Below are positions 9,363 through 23,359 of a DNA stretch of 64,000 nt, in pieces. The stretch spans positions 128,001 to 192,000 of the forward strand of contig CAVSCK010000005.1 of the NCBI GenBank assembly GCA_963726455.1, given 5' to 3'. The notes beneath the pieces were generated by a model, which was given only the letters and a program-made list of their open reading frames with translations, had not been told where the DNA came from and ran no database searches. The DNA is from an uncultured bacterium. Its GTDB lineage: Bacteria > Zixibacteria > MSB-5A5 > CAIYYT01. The position numbers were made by a program, and so were the translations under genes. Each line of letters begins with the position of its first letter. Position 1 is the first letter of the stretch.

Positions 9363-12300
9363 TCACTGAGGCGGCGGCACCGGTCCATTGTTAAAGATAT
9401 AATTAATCAGATAAACACAGTCGGATATATCAATCGTGCCATCGCCATTGGCGTCGCCGTTACGAAGCGTTGCCGGCGCCGGATTGGAAGCGAAGATGTA
9501 TCCGATCAGGTACACAACGTCGGAAATGTCAATTGTGGCATCGTTGTTAGCGTCACCTCGAACGGCCTTGACCACCTGAATCCGAATGCGTGTCGTGTCC
9601 GCAAGCTGGCCATCAGAAGCCACGAATCGCAACTGGTAGCTCGAATCGGCCTGCAGGTCGGTCGGATCGAAGCGGAAGCTGCCGCGCCCGTTGGCGGAAT
9701 CGACAAATACCGCATTGTACGGCACGTACGGGGTACCGCTCACCGACAGCGTCGGTGTCGTCCCATCCGGGTCAGAAGAGCGCAACCACAACTGCATCAC
9801 CTCATTGGTGACATTGACCGTCTTTAGTGAATCGAGTTTGACGATCACCGGTTTCTGATTAGCCGCATTGATTACCGTAATTGTTACGACTTCGCTGTCC
9901 ACCTGGTACTGGGCGGTGTTCTCGGTTACCTTGAACGTCGTCGTATACACACCTGCAGCAGCGAAATTCGGCGCGTACAGGAACCGCGATTTCGCCGTTC
10001 CCGCCGGCTGTCCCGCCTGCGTGGTGAAAGTCGCCCCCGGAGGCAGACCGGTAGCGGATAACGTGACACCACCACCGTCGGGGTCAGACCCCGCGACCAT
10101 CACATCCAGCGTACCGCCTTCAAGCACTGACAAAGCACCAATCGGATCCAGCACCGGCGGGGCAAACTGGTTGGTCACGTTGACCGTGAGCACATAGTTC
10201 CGGTAACGCGTCGTATCCCGATCGTCCTTCATGAAGAACAGCAGTTTGTACTGGCCGTTCTGGCTGAAGCTCGGCTGGAAGTTGAAGTTGGCCGTGTCAT
10301 TACGATTGTCGACCAGTGTCATGTTCGCCGGCATTGCCGAAAGCGTCGTATCCGTGCCGGTGACCGTGAAGCGATTACATCTGAAGTACGGGTGCGTTCC
10401 GTCCGGATCAGGCAAGGTTGCCATGATTCGGAATTGTAACTGGCCGCCTTCGAGAATTGTCTGCTGACAGGTACCCGATCCCGGAGTGAGACAGATCGTG
10501 TAAGGATCGTACCCAATATCCGGCGGCAGTAGTATCGAGTCATTCACAACAATCGGCACCGCGAACGAATCAACCACACCGCTGGTGTCACTGTCAGTGG
10601 CATAGAATGTGACGGAGTAGGTTCCCATCTGCTGCTGTTGCGTTGTCCAGGTAAAGGCACCACCACCCGTTCCCGAATCGATGAAGGCCGCGTTGAACGG
10701 CAAGGTGGATGTCGTCAATACCGGTTTCGTGCCGTCCGCGTCGGTTGCCCGTACCTTGATCGTCATCTTTTGCTGTTCTTTTACCGTCACGCTGGTCGGC
10801 GTCACTGTCATGACCGGTATCTGGTTGCCGGCCTCTATCACTTTGATGGCGACAATTCCGGTATCTCGTTTGACGCCGTCGGTCGCGAAGAAGCGGACGT
10901 TGTAATTACCCGACTGCGTGAAATCCGGTTTGAAGCGGAACAACCCGCCTCCGTTCAGTGAATCCACGAAGATCGCGTGAACTGGTATCGTTGTCGAATC
11001 GACTTTGAGCGTGTCAATCGTACCATCCGGATCAGTCACGCTGATACGGAAGTACACTGAATCACCTTCCCTTACGATCTGCGTGTCCGCAGGAACGGTG
11101 AGAACCGGCGGTTGCGGTATGTTCACGACCTGAATCATTACATTTTCGTAATCGGTTTTATTGCCGTCGGAAGCAATGAACTTCACTGAATACAATCCCG
11201 ACTGCGAGAAGGTCGGTGTGAAAGTAAACAACGCATGGCCGTTGGCGGAATCCACCATCACCGAATTAACCGGCATGTTCTGCGCCTGGAAGAACGGTAT
11301 CGTGCCGTCCGGATCGGTCGCCGACAGGTGAATTCGCAAGGTATCGCCTTCATTCACACTCTTGGGCCCGATATACGCCAGCACCGGCGGCTGATTGGTA
11401 CGCAGCACAGTGATCACCGCGGTGTCGGCGTCACTCATCGAAGGTATGCCGTTATCGAAGCAGAGCACGATGAAAGTATGCGCGCCAGTATCGGCCACAG
11501 TCGGCTTCCAACGCAGGGATGCGCGGCCGCCGGTCGAGTCCGTAAACACCGAACCGGTCGGTTTAACCGGAGCGATCAGACTCAGATGCGGCCCGTTGGG
11601 ATCAGTCGAGTCAGTCGCTACCACGCGAATATTCAGCGAGTCTCCCGGCAGTACCGTGTAGTCCTGAATGTGCACGATGGTCGGCGGCTGGTTGACGTCA
11701 AAGGTGGTAATTTGAACTCTCTCGAAGCTGCTTGCACCCTGTGCATCAGTTGCATAGAAGGTCGCGGTGTCGATGCCAGCGGAGTAATAGTCGGGAACAT
11801 AGGTAAACGAACCCGATCCGTTGCCGGAATCCACGAACGTATAGAAGTTCTTCATGGTGACGGCGCTGACCAGCAACGACGGAATTCCGCCGTCATCGGT
11901 CGCGTGTATCCGGAAGGCCAATTGGCCGCCCTCATACACGGACTTGGGACCGATGGAATCGAGAACCGGCGGCATATTCGAAGTATTGATTACCGTAATC
12001 GGAACGACTTCGCTGTCCGCCAGAATACCGTCAGAGGCAATGAAAGTCACATTGTAGATGCCAGACTGCAACATATCGGGCACGAAGACGAATATGCCCG
12101 TACCGTTGCCATGATCGCCGAAGGACGCATGCAACGGCAGGTTAATCGCCGTCAATACTGGAATGGTGCTGTCCGGATCGGTTGCCGTGACGTTGAAGGT
12201 CAGGTTGCTGCCGGCATTAACCGACTGAGGACCGATCGCCGCCAGTATCGGTGCACGATCAGCATTGGAAATCGTGATCACAACCAGTTCGCTGTCCGCC

Positions 12301-15300
12301 AGAGTGCCGTCAGAGGCAATAAACGTGACGTTGTATACTCCGGCTTGAGCGTAAGTCGGCGTGAAGGTAAACGTCCCTCTGCCGTTCGCGCTGTCGAAAT
12401 AAGTCGCATTGAGAGGCAGGTTGATCGCAGTCAATGCTGGGATCGTGCCGTCTGGGTCGGTGGCCGACGTGTTGAACGTCATCACCGCGCCCTCGAAACC
12501 GGAATGCGGACCGATCGCCGCCAGAACCGGCGGCTGATTGCCTGCATCCGTCACCGTGATCGCCACGATTTCGCTGTCGGCCAGGGTGCCGTCAGAGGCG
12601 ATAAAGGTAACGTTATAAACACCGGCCTGCGTGTAATTCGGCGTCCAGGTGAATCTCCCTCGGCCATTCAGACTGTCTACGTATGCCGCACCGGTAGGCA
12701 GACCCACGGCCGTCAGAGCGGGGATCGTGCCATCCGGGTCAGTCGCCGAAGTCGCGAAGGACAGGACTGTGCCCTCGGCCGTAGTTTTCGGGCCAATTGC
12801 GGTCAACACCGGCGGCTGATTAACATCTGTCACCGTGATCACCACAACTTCGCTATCTGCTAATGTTCCATCGGAAGCGATGAAAGTCACATTGTACAAA
12901 CCGGCCTGCGACAACGTCGGCGTCCAATTGAACGTCGCCGTACCGTTCGCATGATCGGTATACGTAGCACCAGTCGGCAGTCCGACAGCAGTCATCGCGG
13001 GATTCGTGCCGTTTGGATCGGAGGCCGAAGCTACAAAGTTGAGGTTCACTGCCTCAGCCACTGACTTCGCGCCGATTGCTGCCAGCACAGGCGGCTGATT
13101 CACAAACACTACTGTGATTGCGACAACTTCGCTGTCAGCCAGGGCGCCATCGGAAGCAATAAATGTCACATTGTACAACCCTGCCTGCGCAAAAGTCGGC
13201 GTCCAGTTGAAGGTGCCGGTTCCGTTAAGGTTATTGGTGTAGGTTGCGCCGGTCGGCAAATTGACCGCCGTCATCGCAGGTATCGTCGCATTAGGATCGG
13301 TAGCTGAAGTATTGAAGTTCAGATTGGCGCCGGCATTCACTGATTTCGGGCCAATCGTCGCCAACACCGGCGGCATATTCACGCCTACCACCGTGATCGC
13401 GACGACTTCGCTATCCGCTAGTGTGCCGTCGGAAGCGATAAAGGTCACATTGTAGACACCCGCCTGGGTAAAGCCCGGCGTCCAGGTGAATCTGCCTCTA
13501 CCGTTCAAGCTATCAACATAGGCCGCACCGGTAGGCAATCCCACGGCCGTCAAGGATGGGATTGCACCGTCCGGATCAGTCGCCGACGTCGCAAAGGCAA
13601 GCAACGCACCCTCGTTCGCCGTCTTCGGGCCGATCGTCGCGAGTACCGGCGGCTGATTCACGTTGTTCACCGTGATCGCTACGACTTCGCTGTCGGCGAG
13701 TGTGCCGTCTGACGCAATGAATGTCACATTGTAGACACCCGATTGCGAGAAGGTCGGCGTCCAGTTGAAAGTAGCGGTGCCATTGAGATTGTCTGTATAT
13801 GTCGCACCAGTCGGAAGACCCAGCGCCGTCATTGCCGGTATCGTTCCGTCGGGATCACTTGCCGAAGTTGCGAAGTTAAGGATTGACACCTTCGTTCACG
13901 GACTTCGCGCCAATCGCTGCCAGCACCGGCGCGCGGTTGACGTTGTTCACCGTAATGGCTACCACTTCACTGTCTGCCAGTGTTCCATCCGAAGCGATGA
14001 AGGTCACGTTGTAGACACCGGATTCCGAGAAAGTCGGTGTCCAGTTGAAGGTGGCGGTACCGTTGAGATTATCAGTATAGGTCGCGCCAAGCGGCAGACC
14101 GACTGCGGACATCGCCGGTATCGTTGCGTCAGGATCACTTGCAGAAGTAGCGAAGTTCAGATTGACGCCTTCATTCACTGACTTGGCACCGATAGCGGCC
14201 AGCACCGGCGGGCGGTTCACGTTATTCACCGTGATCGCCACGACCTCGCTGTCGGCCATCGTGCCGTCGGAAGCAATGAATGTCACATTGTGCACTCCAG
14301 ACTGAGTGAAGTCCGGAGTCCAGTTGAATGTCGCGGTACCATTCAAGTGATCGGTATAGGTCGCGCCTGTCGGCAGGCCAACCGCAGTCATTGTCGGTGT
14401 CGTTCCGTTCGGATCTGATGCCGAAGTACCAAAGCTGAGGTTGATACCTTCGTTCACCGATTTAGCACCGATCGCTGCCAGAACCGGCGGCACATTCACG
14501 AACACCACCGTGATCGCGACCACTTCGCTGTCAGCTAGCAAGCCATCCGAAGCGATGAAGGTCACGTTGTATGACCCTGCCTGTGCAAAGGTCGGAGTCC
14601 AATTGAATGTTCCGGTTCCGTTGAGATTATTAGTATATGTCGCACCGGTCGGAAGATTAACAGCGGTCATGGTCGGAATCGTGCTGTTAGGATCGCTCGC
14701 CGAAGTACCGAAGTTCAGGTTGGCGCCTGCGTTCACCGATTTTGGGCCAATCGTCGCCAAGACCGGCGGCACGTTTACGCCCACCACTGTGATTGCGACA
14801 ACTTCGCTATCGGCGAGAGTACCATCGGAAGCAATGAAGGTCACGTTGTAAACGCCCGCCTGTGTGTAGCCCGGCGTCCAGGAGAATCTCCCTCTGCCGT
14901 TCAAGCTATCGACATAGGTCGCGCCCGTAGGAAGGCCTACGGCTGTAAGGGCAGGGATCGTGGCATCTGGATCGGTCGCGGAAGTATTGAAACCGAGGTT
15001 TACACCTTCATTAGCAGTCTTCGGACCAATCGTTGCCAGCACCGGCGGCAGATTCACGTTGTTCACGGTGATCGCGACAACTTCACTGTCGGCCAGCGTT
15101 CCATCCGACGAAATGAATGTTACGTTGTAGACACCCGACTGTGCGAAGGTCGGTGTCCAGTTGAACGTACCGGTACCGTTAAGATTATCCGTGTACGTTG
15201 CACCGGTCGGCACACCCAGAGCGGTCATCGCCGGAATCGTGCCATCCGGATCACTTGCCGACGTGCCGAAGTTCAGATTAACATTCTCGTTTACACTCTT

Positions 15301-18300
15301 CGCGCCAATCGCGCCAGCACGGGCGCACGATTGACGTTGTTTACCGTGATTGCCACCACTTCGCTATCGGCAAGCGTGCCGTCAGAAGCGATGAACGTAA
15401 CGTTGTAAACACCCGACTGGGTAAAGTCCGGCGTAAAGTTGAATGTGCCGGTACCGTTGAGATGGTCAGTATAAGTCGCGCCAAGCGGCAACCCCAGAGC
15501 TGTAAGAGCCGGTATCGCACCGTCGGGATCGCTCGCTGACGTTCCAAAATTCAAATTGATTCCTTCATTTACGCTCTTCGCCCCGATCGCAGCCAGCACC
15601 GGCGGTCGGTTCACGTTATTCACCGTGATCGCCACCACTTCACTATCAGCCAACAGGCCGTCGGAGGCGATGAACGTCACATTGTAAACACCAGACTGGG
15701 TATAATCCGGAGTCCAGGCGAATCTGCCCCGGCCGTTCAGACTATCCACATAGGTTGCACCAAGCGGCAAGCCAACTGCCGTCAGCGCTGGGATCGTTGC
15801 GTTTGGATCTGTTGCCGAAGTATTGAATGCCAGGATGACACCTTCATTGACCGACTTCGCGCCGATCGCTGCCAACACCGGTGGCATGTTAACACCTACT
15901 ACCGTTATCGCGACGACCTCGCTGTCGGCAAGCGTGCCGTCCGAAGCGATGAAGGTCACATTGTAGACACCTGCCTGGGAGAAGGTCGGTGTCCAGGTAA
16001 AACCTCCCGCGCCGTTCAAACTGTCCCTATAGGCCGCGCCGGTTGGCAATCCAACCGCAGTCAACACCGGGACCGTTCCATCCGGATCTGATGCCGGAGT
16101 TCTGAAGCTCAGATTTACGCCTTCATTAGCAGTCTTGGGCCCAATTGTCGCCAGCACCGGCGGACGATTGACGTTGTTCACCGTAATCGCCACAACTTCG
16201 CTGTCTGCCAACGTTCCGTCGGAAGCGATGAAGGTTACATTGTAGACACCCGACTGTGTATAGTCCGGCATCCAGGTGAATCTTCCTTTGCCGTTCAGAC
16301 TGTCCACGTAAACCGCGCCCAGAGGCAGACCCACTGCCGTCATGGTCGGGAACGTGCCGTCCGGATCGGTCGACGACGTATTGAAAGCAAGACTGACGTT
16401 CTCATTAACACTCTTCGCGCCGATTACTGCCAACACCGGCGCGCGATCAACATTATTCACCGTGATCGCGACGACTTCGCTGTCTGCCAACAATCCATCG
16501 GAAGCAACGAAGGTCACATTGTAGACTCCGGCATCCGTGTAGCCGGGCGTCCAACTGAAGGAAGCCGTACCGTTGACATGATCTGTGTAGGTCGCACCCA
16601 CCGGCAAGCCGATTGCAACCAGCGATGGAATCGCGCCGTCAGGATCTGACGCAGTCACGTTGAAGCTCAGATTGACATTTTCATTAACGGACTTAGGCCC
16701 AATCGTTGCCAACACCGGTGGTTGATTCACGTTATTCACCGTGATCGCCACCACTTCGCTGTCGGCCAAGGTTCCATCTGACGCGATGAAGGTCACGCTG
16801 TGGATTCCAGATTGACTGAAACTCGGCGTCCAATTGAATGTCGCCGTTCCGTTGAGATGATCTGTATATGTCGCGCCGGTCGGTAATCCGACGGCTGTCA
16901 TCGCGGGATTCGTGGCGTTGGGATCGGTCGCCGATGTGACGAAATTCAGATTGGCATTTTCATTGACCGTCTTCGGTCCAATCGCCGCCAGCACCGGTGG
17001 CACATTCACGAAGTTTACCGTGATCGCTACCACTTCACTGTCGGCCAGCAGGCCGTCGGAAGCGATGAAAGGTTACATTGTACACACCCGCTTGCGCGTA
17101 TGTCGGCGTCCAGGTAAATCTTCCTCTACCGTTCAGACTATCCACATAGACCGCACCGGTCGGCAGACCAACCGCCGTCAGTGACGGGGTCGTTGCATTC
17201 GGGTCGGTCGCCGAGGTGTTGAAAGCCAGATTCGAGCCGGTATTCACCGACTTCGGACCGATCGCTGCCAACACCGGCGGCACATTTACGCCTACCACCG
17301 TGACAACTACAACTTCACTGTCAGCTAACGTGCCATCCGAAGCGATAAAGGTCACATTGTAGACACCCGCCTGGGTAAAGCCCGGGGTCCAGGTGAATCT
17401 TCCCGTACCGTTCAAGCTGTCAACATAGGCCGCACCGGGGGCAGACCTAGGCCGTAAAGTCGGGATCGTGCCGTCCGGATCGGCTGCCGAGGTACTGAAG
17501 CCGAGTAACTTACGCCTTCATTGGCAGTCTTCGGTCCGATTGTTGCGAGCACCGGCGGACGGTTGACGTTGTTCACCGTGATCGCCACGACCTCGCTGTC
17601 AGCAAGCGTTCCATCCGACGCGATGAAGGTGACGTTGTATGCGCCCGACTGGGCAAAAGTCGGTGTCCAGTTGAAAGTGGCTGTACCATTAAGATTATCT
17701 GTGTACGTAGCGCCCGTCGGCAAACCAACCGCGGTCATCGCGGGACTCGTTCCGTCCGGATCTGAGGACGAAGTGCCGAAGTTGAGATTGACGCCTTCGT
17801 TCACCGTCTTCGCTCCGATCGCGGCAAGTACCGGCGCACGATTAACGTTGTTCACCGTTATCGCCACGACCTCACTATCCGCCAGAGTGCCATCAGACGC
17901 AATAAATGTCACATTGTAAACACCCGACTGGGTATAGTCCGGCGTCCAGGTGAATCTGCCTCTGCCGTTCAAGCTGTCTACGTAAACCGCGCCCAGAGGC
18001 AAGCCCACAGCCGTCATGGCCGGGATTGTGCCGTCAGGATCAGTCGCCGAAGTATTGAAGCCGAGACTAACATTCTCGTTCACGGCCTTGGCTCCGATTG
18101 CCGCCAACACCGGCGCGCGATCAACGTTGTTCACTGTGATCGCTACGACTTCGCTGTCAGCCAGCGATCCGTCGGAAGAAATGAAGGTGACGTTATAGAC
18201 GCCCGACTGAGTGAAGCTGGGATTCCAGTTGAAGATAGCGGTACCGTTAGTTTGATCGGTGTAAGTCGCCCCGCTTGGCAAGCCAACAGCGATCATAAAC

Positions 18301-21300
18301 GGAGTCGTGCCGTTAGGATCAGACGCCGAAGTCGTGAAGTTAAGATTGGCGCCTTCGTTCACGCTCTTCGGACCAATCGCCGCCAATACCGGCGCCGCAT
18401 TCACGTACACCACTGTGACTGCAACCACCTCGCTGTCAGCCAAGGTGCCGTCGGAGGCGATAAAGGTAACGTTGAAGACACCGGCCTGAGTATAGCCCGG
18501 CGTCCAACTGAATCTTCCTCTGCCGTTCAGACTGTCTACGAAGGCCGCGCCAAGGGGCAGACCAACCGCCCTCAGTGATGGCGTAGTTGCGTTCGGATCA
18601 GTCGCCGAGATGTTGAAGCCGAGGTTCACGCCCTCATTTACGCTCTTCGGCCCGATCGTCGCCAATACCGGAGGTACATTCACGCCCACCACGGTAATCG
18701 CGACGACCTCGCTGTCCGCCAGCGTTCCATCAGACGCGATGAAAGTCACATTATAGACACCTGCCTGAGTATAGCCCGGCGTCCAATTAAATGTCGCAGT
18801 TCCATTCAAGTGATCAGTGTATGTCGAGCCGGTCGGGAGACCGACAGCCGTCAACACAGGGATAGTTGCATCCGGATCGCTTGCTGAAGTATTGAAGTTG
18901 AGATTGGCACCTTCACTCACTGACTTCGGGCCAATCGCTGCCAGTACCGGTGGTTGATTCACGTTGTTAACCGTGATAGCAACCACTTCGCTATCAGCGA
19001 GAGTCCCGTCGGAAGCTATAAAAGTCACGTTGTAGACACCCGACTGCGAAAGCGTCGGTGTCCACGTAAATCTTCCTCTACCGTTTAGACTGTCGACATA
19101 AGTCGCGCCGGTCGGCAAACCGACTGCTGTCAGAGCCGGGATCGTGGCGTCGGGATCAGTAGCCGAGGTGTTGAAGGCGAGATTGACACCTTCGTTCACT
19201 GACTTCGGGCCAATCAGTGCCAGCACCGGTGGCTGGTTCACGTTGTTAACCGTGATCGCCACAACTTCGCTATCTGCGAGCGTTCCATCGGACGCGATGA
19301 AGGTCACATTGTAAACACCCGACTGTGAGAAGGTCGGTGTCCAGGTGAATCTGCCTCTACCATTAAGACTGTCGACATAGGTCGCGCCGGTCGGCAAACC
19401 AACTGCTGTCAATGCCGGGATCGTGGCGTCGGGATCGGAAGCCGAAGTGTTGAAGGCAAGATTAACGCCTTCGTTCACTGACTTCGGTCCAATCAGTGCC
19501 AGCACCGGTGGCTGGTTCACGTTGTTAACCGTGATCGCCACAACTTCGCTATCAGCGAGTGTGCCGTCAGAGGCAATGAACATCACATTGTAAACACCCG
19601 ACTGTGAAAGCGACGGAGTCCAGGTAAATCTACCTCTGCCATTGAGACTATCAACGTAAGTGGCGCCTACTGGCAAACCGACTGCTGTCAGAACCGGGAT
19701 CGTGGCGTCAGGATCAGTAGCCGAAGTATTGAAGGCGAGATTGACACCTTCGTTTACCGACTTCGGACCAATTGCTGCCAGAACCGGTGGCTGATTCACA
19801 TTGGTGACCGTGATCGCCACAACTTCACTGTCGGCGAGAGTGCCATCGGAGGCGATGAAGGTCACATTGTAAACACCTGACTGCGAAAGTGTCGGTGTCC
19901 AGCTGAAATGACCTCTGCCATTGAGACTGTCGACATAAGTCGCACCAGTCGGCATACCCACTGCTGTCAGAGCCGGGATCGTGGCGTCGGGATCGGTTGC
20001 CGAAGTATTGAAGGCGAGATTGACACCTTCGTTGACCGACTTCGGACCGATTGCTGCCAGCACTGGCGGTTGATTCACGTTGTTTACCGTGATCGCCACA
20101 ACTTCGCTATCGGCGAGAGTGCCGTCGGAAGCGATAAATGTCACATTGTAGACACCTGACTGCGAAAGTGTCGGTGTCCAGCTGAAATGACCTCTGCCAT
20201 TGAGACTGTCGACATAAGTCGCACCAGTCGGCAAACCCACTGCTGTCAGAGCCGGGATCGTGGCGTCGGGATCGGTTGCCGAAGTATTGAAGGCGAGATT
20301 GACACCTTCGTTGACCGACTTCGGACCGATTGCTGCCAGCACTGGCGGTTGATTCACGTTGTTTACCGTGATCGCCACAACTTCGCTATCGGCGAGAGTG
20401 CCGTCGGAAGCGATAAATGTCACATTGTAGACACCTGACTGCGAAAGTGTCGGTGTCCAGCTGAAATGACCTCTGCCATTGAGACTGTCGACGTAAGTCG
20501 CACCAGTCGGCAGACCGACTGCTGTCAGAACCGGGATCGTGGCGTCGGGATCAGTTGCCGAAGTATTGAAGGCGAGATTGACACCTTCGTTGACCGACTT
20601 CGGGCCGATTGCTGCCAGCACCGGTGGTTGATTCACGTTGTTCACCGTGATCGCCACAACTTCGCTATCGGCGAGCGTGCCATCTGACGCGATGAAGGTC
20701 ACATTGTAAACACCCGACTGCGAGACCGTCGGTGTCCAGGTGAATCTGCCTCTGCCATTGAGACTGTCTACGTAAGTTGCACCAGTCGGCAGACCGACTG
20801 CAGTCAGGACCGGGATGGTGGCGTCGGGATCAGTAGCCGAAGTGTTGAAGGCGAGATTGACACCTTCGTTCACCGACTTCGGACCGATTGCTGCCAGCAC
20901 CGGCGGCTGATTTACGTTGTTTACCGTGATCGCAACCACTTCGCTATCAGCGAGAGTCCCGTCAGACGCAATGAAGGTCACGTTGTAGACACCCGACTGT
21001 GAGAAGGTCGGTGTCCAGGTGAATCTGCCTCTGCCATTGAGACTGTCTACGTAAGTTGCACCAGTCGGCAAACCAACTGCAGACAGGACCGGGATGGTGG
21101 CATCAGGATCGGAAGCCGAAGTGTTGAAGGCGAGATTGACACCTTCGTTGACCGACTTCGGACCGATTGCTGCCAGCACTGGCGGTTGATTCACGTTGTT
21201 TACCGTGATCGCAACCACTTCGCTATCGGCGAGAGTGCCGTCAGACGCAATGAAGGTCACGTTGTAGACACCCGACTGTGAGAAGGTCGGTGTCCAGGTG

Positions 21301-23359
21301 AATCTGCCTCTGCCATTGAGACTGTCTACGTAAGTTGCACCGAGTCGGCAAACCAACTGCAGACAGGACCGGGATGGTGGCATCAGGATCGGAAGCCGAA
21401 GTGTTGAAGGCGAGATTGACACCTTCGTTGACCGACTTCGGACCGATCGCTGCGAGCACTGGCGGTTGATTCACGTTGTTTACCGTGATCGCCACAACTT
21501 CGCTATCTGCGAGAGTCCCGTCGGACGCGATGAAGGTCACATTGTAAACACCCGACTGCGAGAAGGTCGGTGTCCAGGTAAATCTGCCTCTGCCATTGAG
21601 ACTGTCGACATATGTCGCACCAGTCGGCAAACCAACTGCAGACAGGACCGGGATGGTGGCATCAGGATCGGAAGCCGAAGTGTTGAAGGCGAGATTAACA
21701 CCTTCGTTGACTGACTTCGGACCGATCGCTGCCAGAACCGGTGGCTGATTCACATTGTTAACCGTGATCGCAACCACTTCGCTGTCAGCGAGAGTGCCGT
21801 CGGAAGCAATGAAAGTCACATTGTAGACACCCGATTGTGATAGCGACGGAGTCCAGCTGAAATCTGCCTCGACCATTTAAGCTGTCGACGTAGGTTGCAC
21901 CAGTCGGTAAACCAACTGCTGTCAGAACCGGGATCGTGGCATCGGGATCTGTAGCCGAGGTATTGAAGGCAAGATTAACACCTTCGTTTACCGATTTCGG
22001 GCCGATTGCTGCCAGAACCGGTGGCTGATTCACATTGGTGACCGTGATCGCCACAACTTCACTGTCGGCGAGAGTGCCATCGGAGGCGATGAAGGTCACA
22101 TTGTAAACACCCGACTGTGAGAGTGTCGGTGTCCAACTGAATCTGCCTCGACCATTCAAGCTGTCCACATAAGTTGCACCTACTGGCAAACCGACTGCTG
22201 TCAGAACCGGGATAGTGGCATCGGGATCAGTAGCCGAAGTGTTGAAGGCAAGATTAACGCCTTCGTTGACTGACTTCGGACCGATCGCTGCCAACACCGG
22301 TGGTTGATTCACGTTGTTAACCGTGATAGCAACCACTTCGCTATCGGCGAGCGTGCCATCTGACGCAATAATGGTCACATTGTAAACACCTGACTGAGTA
22401 TAATTTGGGTTGAAATTGAACGAGCCCTTGCCGTTCAAACTGTCCGTAAAGGTCGCATTGGCTGGAATGTTAACCGCACTTAAGGTTAGAGCGCTGCCTT
22501 CCGGGTCGGTTGCCGACACACCAAAATTCAGATTGGCGCCTTCATTAACCGATTTGGCTCCGATCGCGGCCAGTACCGGCGCTGCGTTGCAGTAACCGAA
22601 ACCGCTCGTTCCAAGCGTGTGATGTGACTGTATTTCCGAAAGAGTCAGAGCGCGGTTATAAAGCGCCAGTTCATCGAGAATGCCGTCATAATAGGACGGG
22701 GTGCCGGTATTGATCCAACCCACGTTCATTGGCACAGTCGAGGCAAATCCAGTGGTATACGTCTGCGCGCCGAAACCTTCCTGTGCGCCGTCAACATAGA
22801 TGCGCGTCGTATCGGAATTCCGCGTGACCACCACATGATGCCACAGTCCGTCGCTCACAACTGTCGTGTTCCAGACATCCAACGAAACGTCGCTCTGCAT
22901 CTGGAAATGCACCTGCCCCGCGTGTGGCGCGGTGCAGTCGATACCGAGTGACCAACTCATCGTCGTGCCGTCAACACGTCCCACCATGACCTCCGGGCCT
23001 GTGCAGGCATTTGGCTTGCGCATCCAGAGTTCAATGGAAAAATTATCTGCCGCTCCCCAGTCAAAGGTGTTGTCGTCCGCGATGTTAACGCTATCCGAAC
23101 TCGTGCTGCCGTTGAACAGCAGCGCCCCGGCAACTCTGCCAGTAGTAGCGGTCGGACAGGTTGTACATGTGGCATCATTCGTGCCTACGGTGTCACGATA
23201 CGGTTGAGCCGTTTCGTTAAACTTCCAATAATGGCTAATGCCCGTCGGGCATTGCGCCCAGGCAGATGCCTGCGTAAGCAAGAGGGCAGCGAAGACGATC
23301 AGCAGGACCATCTTCCTGTCTAAAGCTGCGAACCTCCTGATATCTCTAGGCAACCTCAC
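9363..23359 (-). CDS. Giant (~4,660 aa) secreted adhesin-like protein: LamG domain, ~46 cadherin-like Ig repeats, C-terminal dockerin; split into 7 ORF-track fragments by apparent frameshift errors
   Basis: GTG start at 23359 with GGAGG RBS and signal peptide ending ASAWA; LamG motifs 'FSIELW', 'DGLWHHVV', 'GILDELALYNRALT'; ~93-aa repeats continue in register across breaks at ~21861, ~21342, ~17430-17510, ~17068, ~15311, ~13881; dockerin GDANNDATIDISDVV / GDANGDGTIDISDCV. Confidence 0.82.
9570..22590 (-). repeat. Intragenic tandem array of ~279-bp units encoding cadherin-like Ig domains (~38 conserved + ~8 divergent)
   Basis: Unit NQPPVLAAIGPKSVNEG...ATDPD...GLPTGATY.D..NG...F.WTP..SQ.GVYNVTFIASDGTLADSEVVAITV; 46 units counted by eye. 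Confidence 0.9.

Noticed and set aside
11235-12863. 542-aa plus-strand ORF (also 54663-55943, 31938-32762, 6874-7680 and similar)
   Set aside because: Antisense shadows of codon-biased real genes with no recognisable motifs
9570-22590. Diversity-generating retroelement template/variable repeats
   Set aside because: No reverse transcriptase in the window; differences between repeats are mostly synonymous and not adenine-specific
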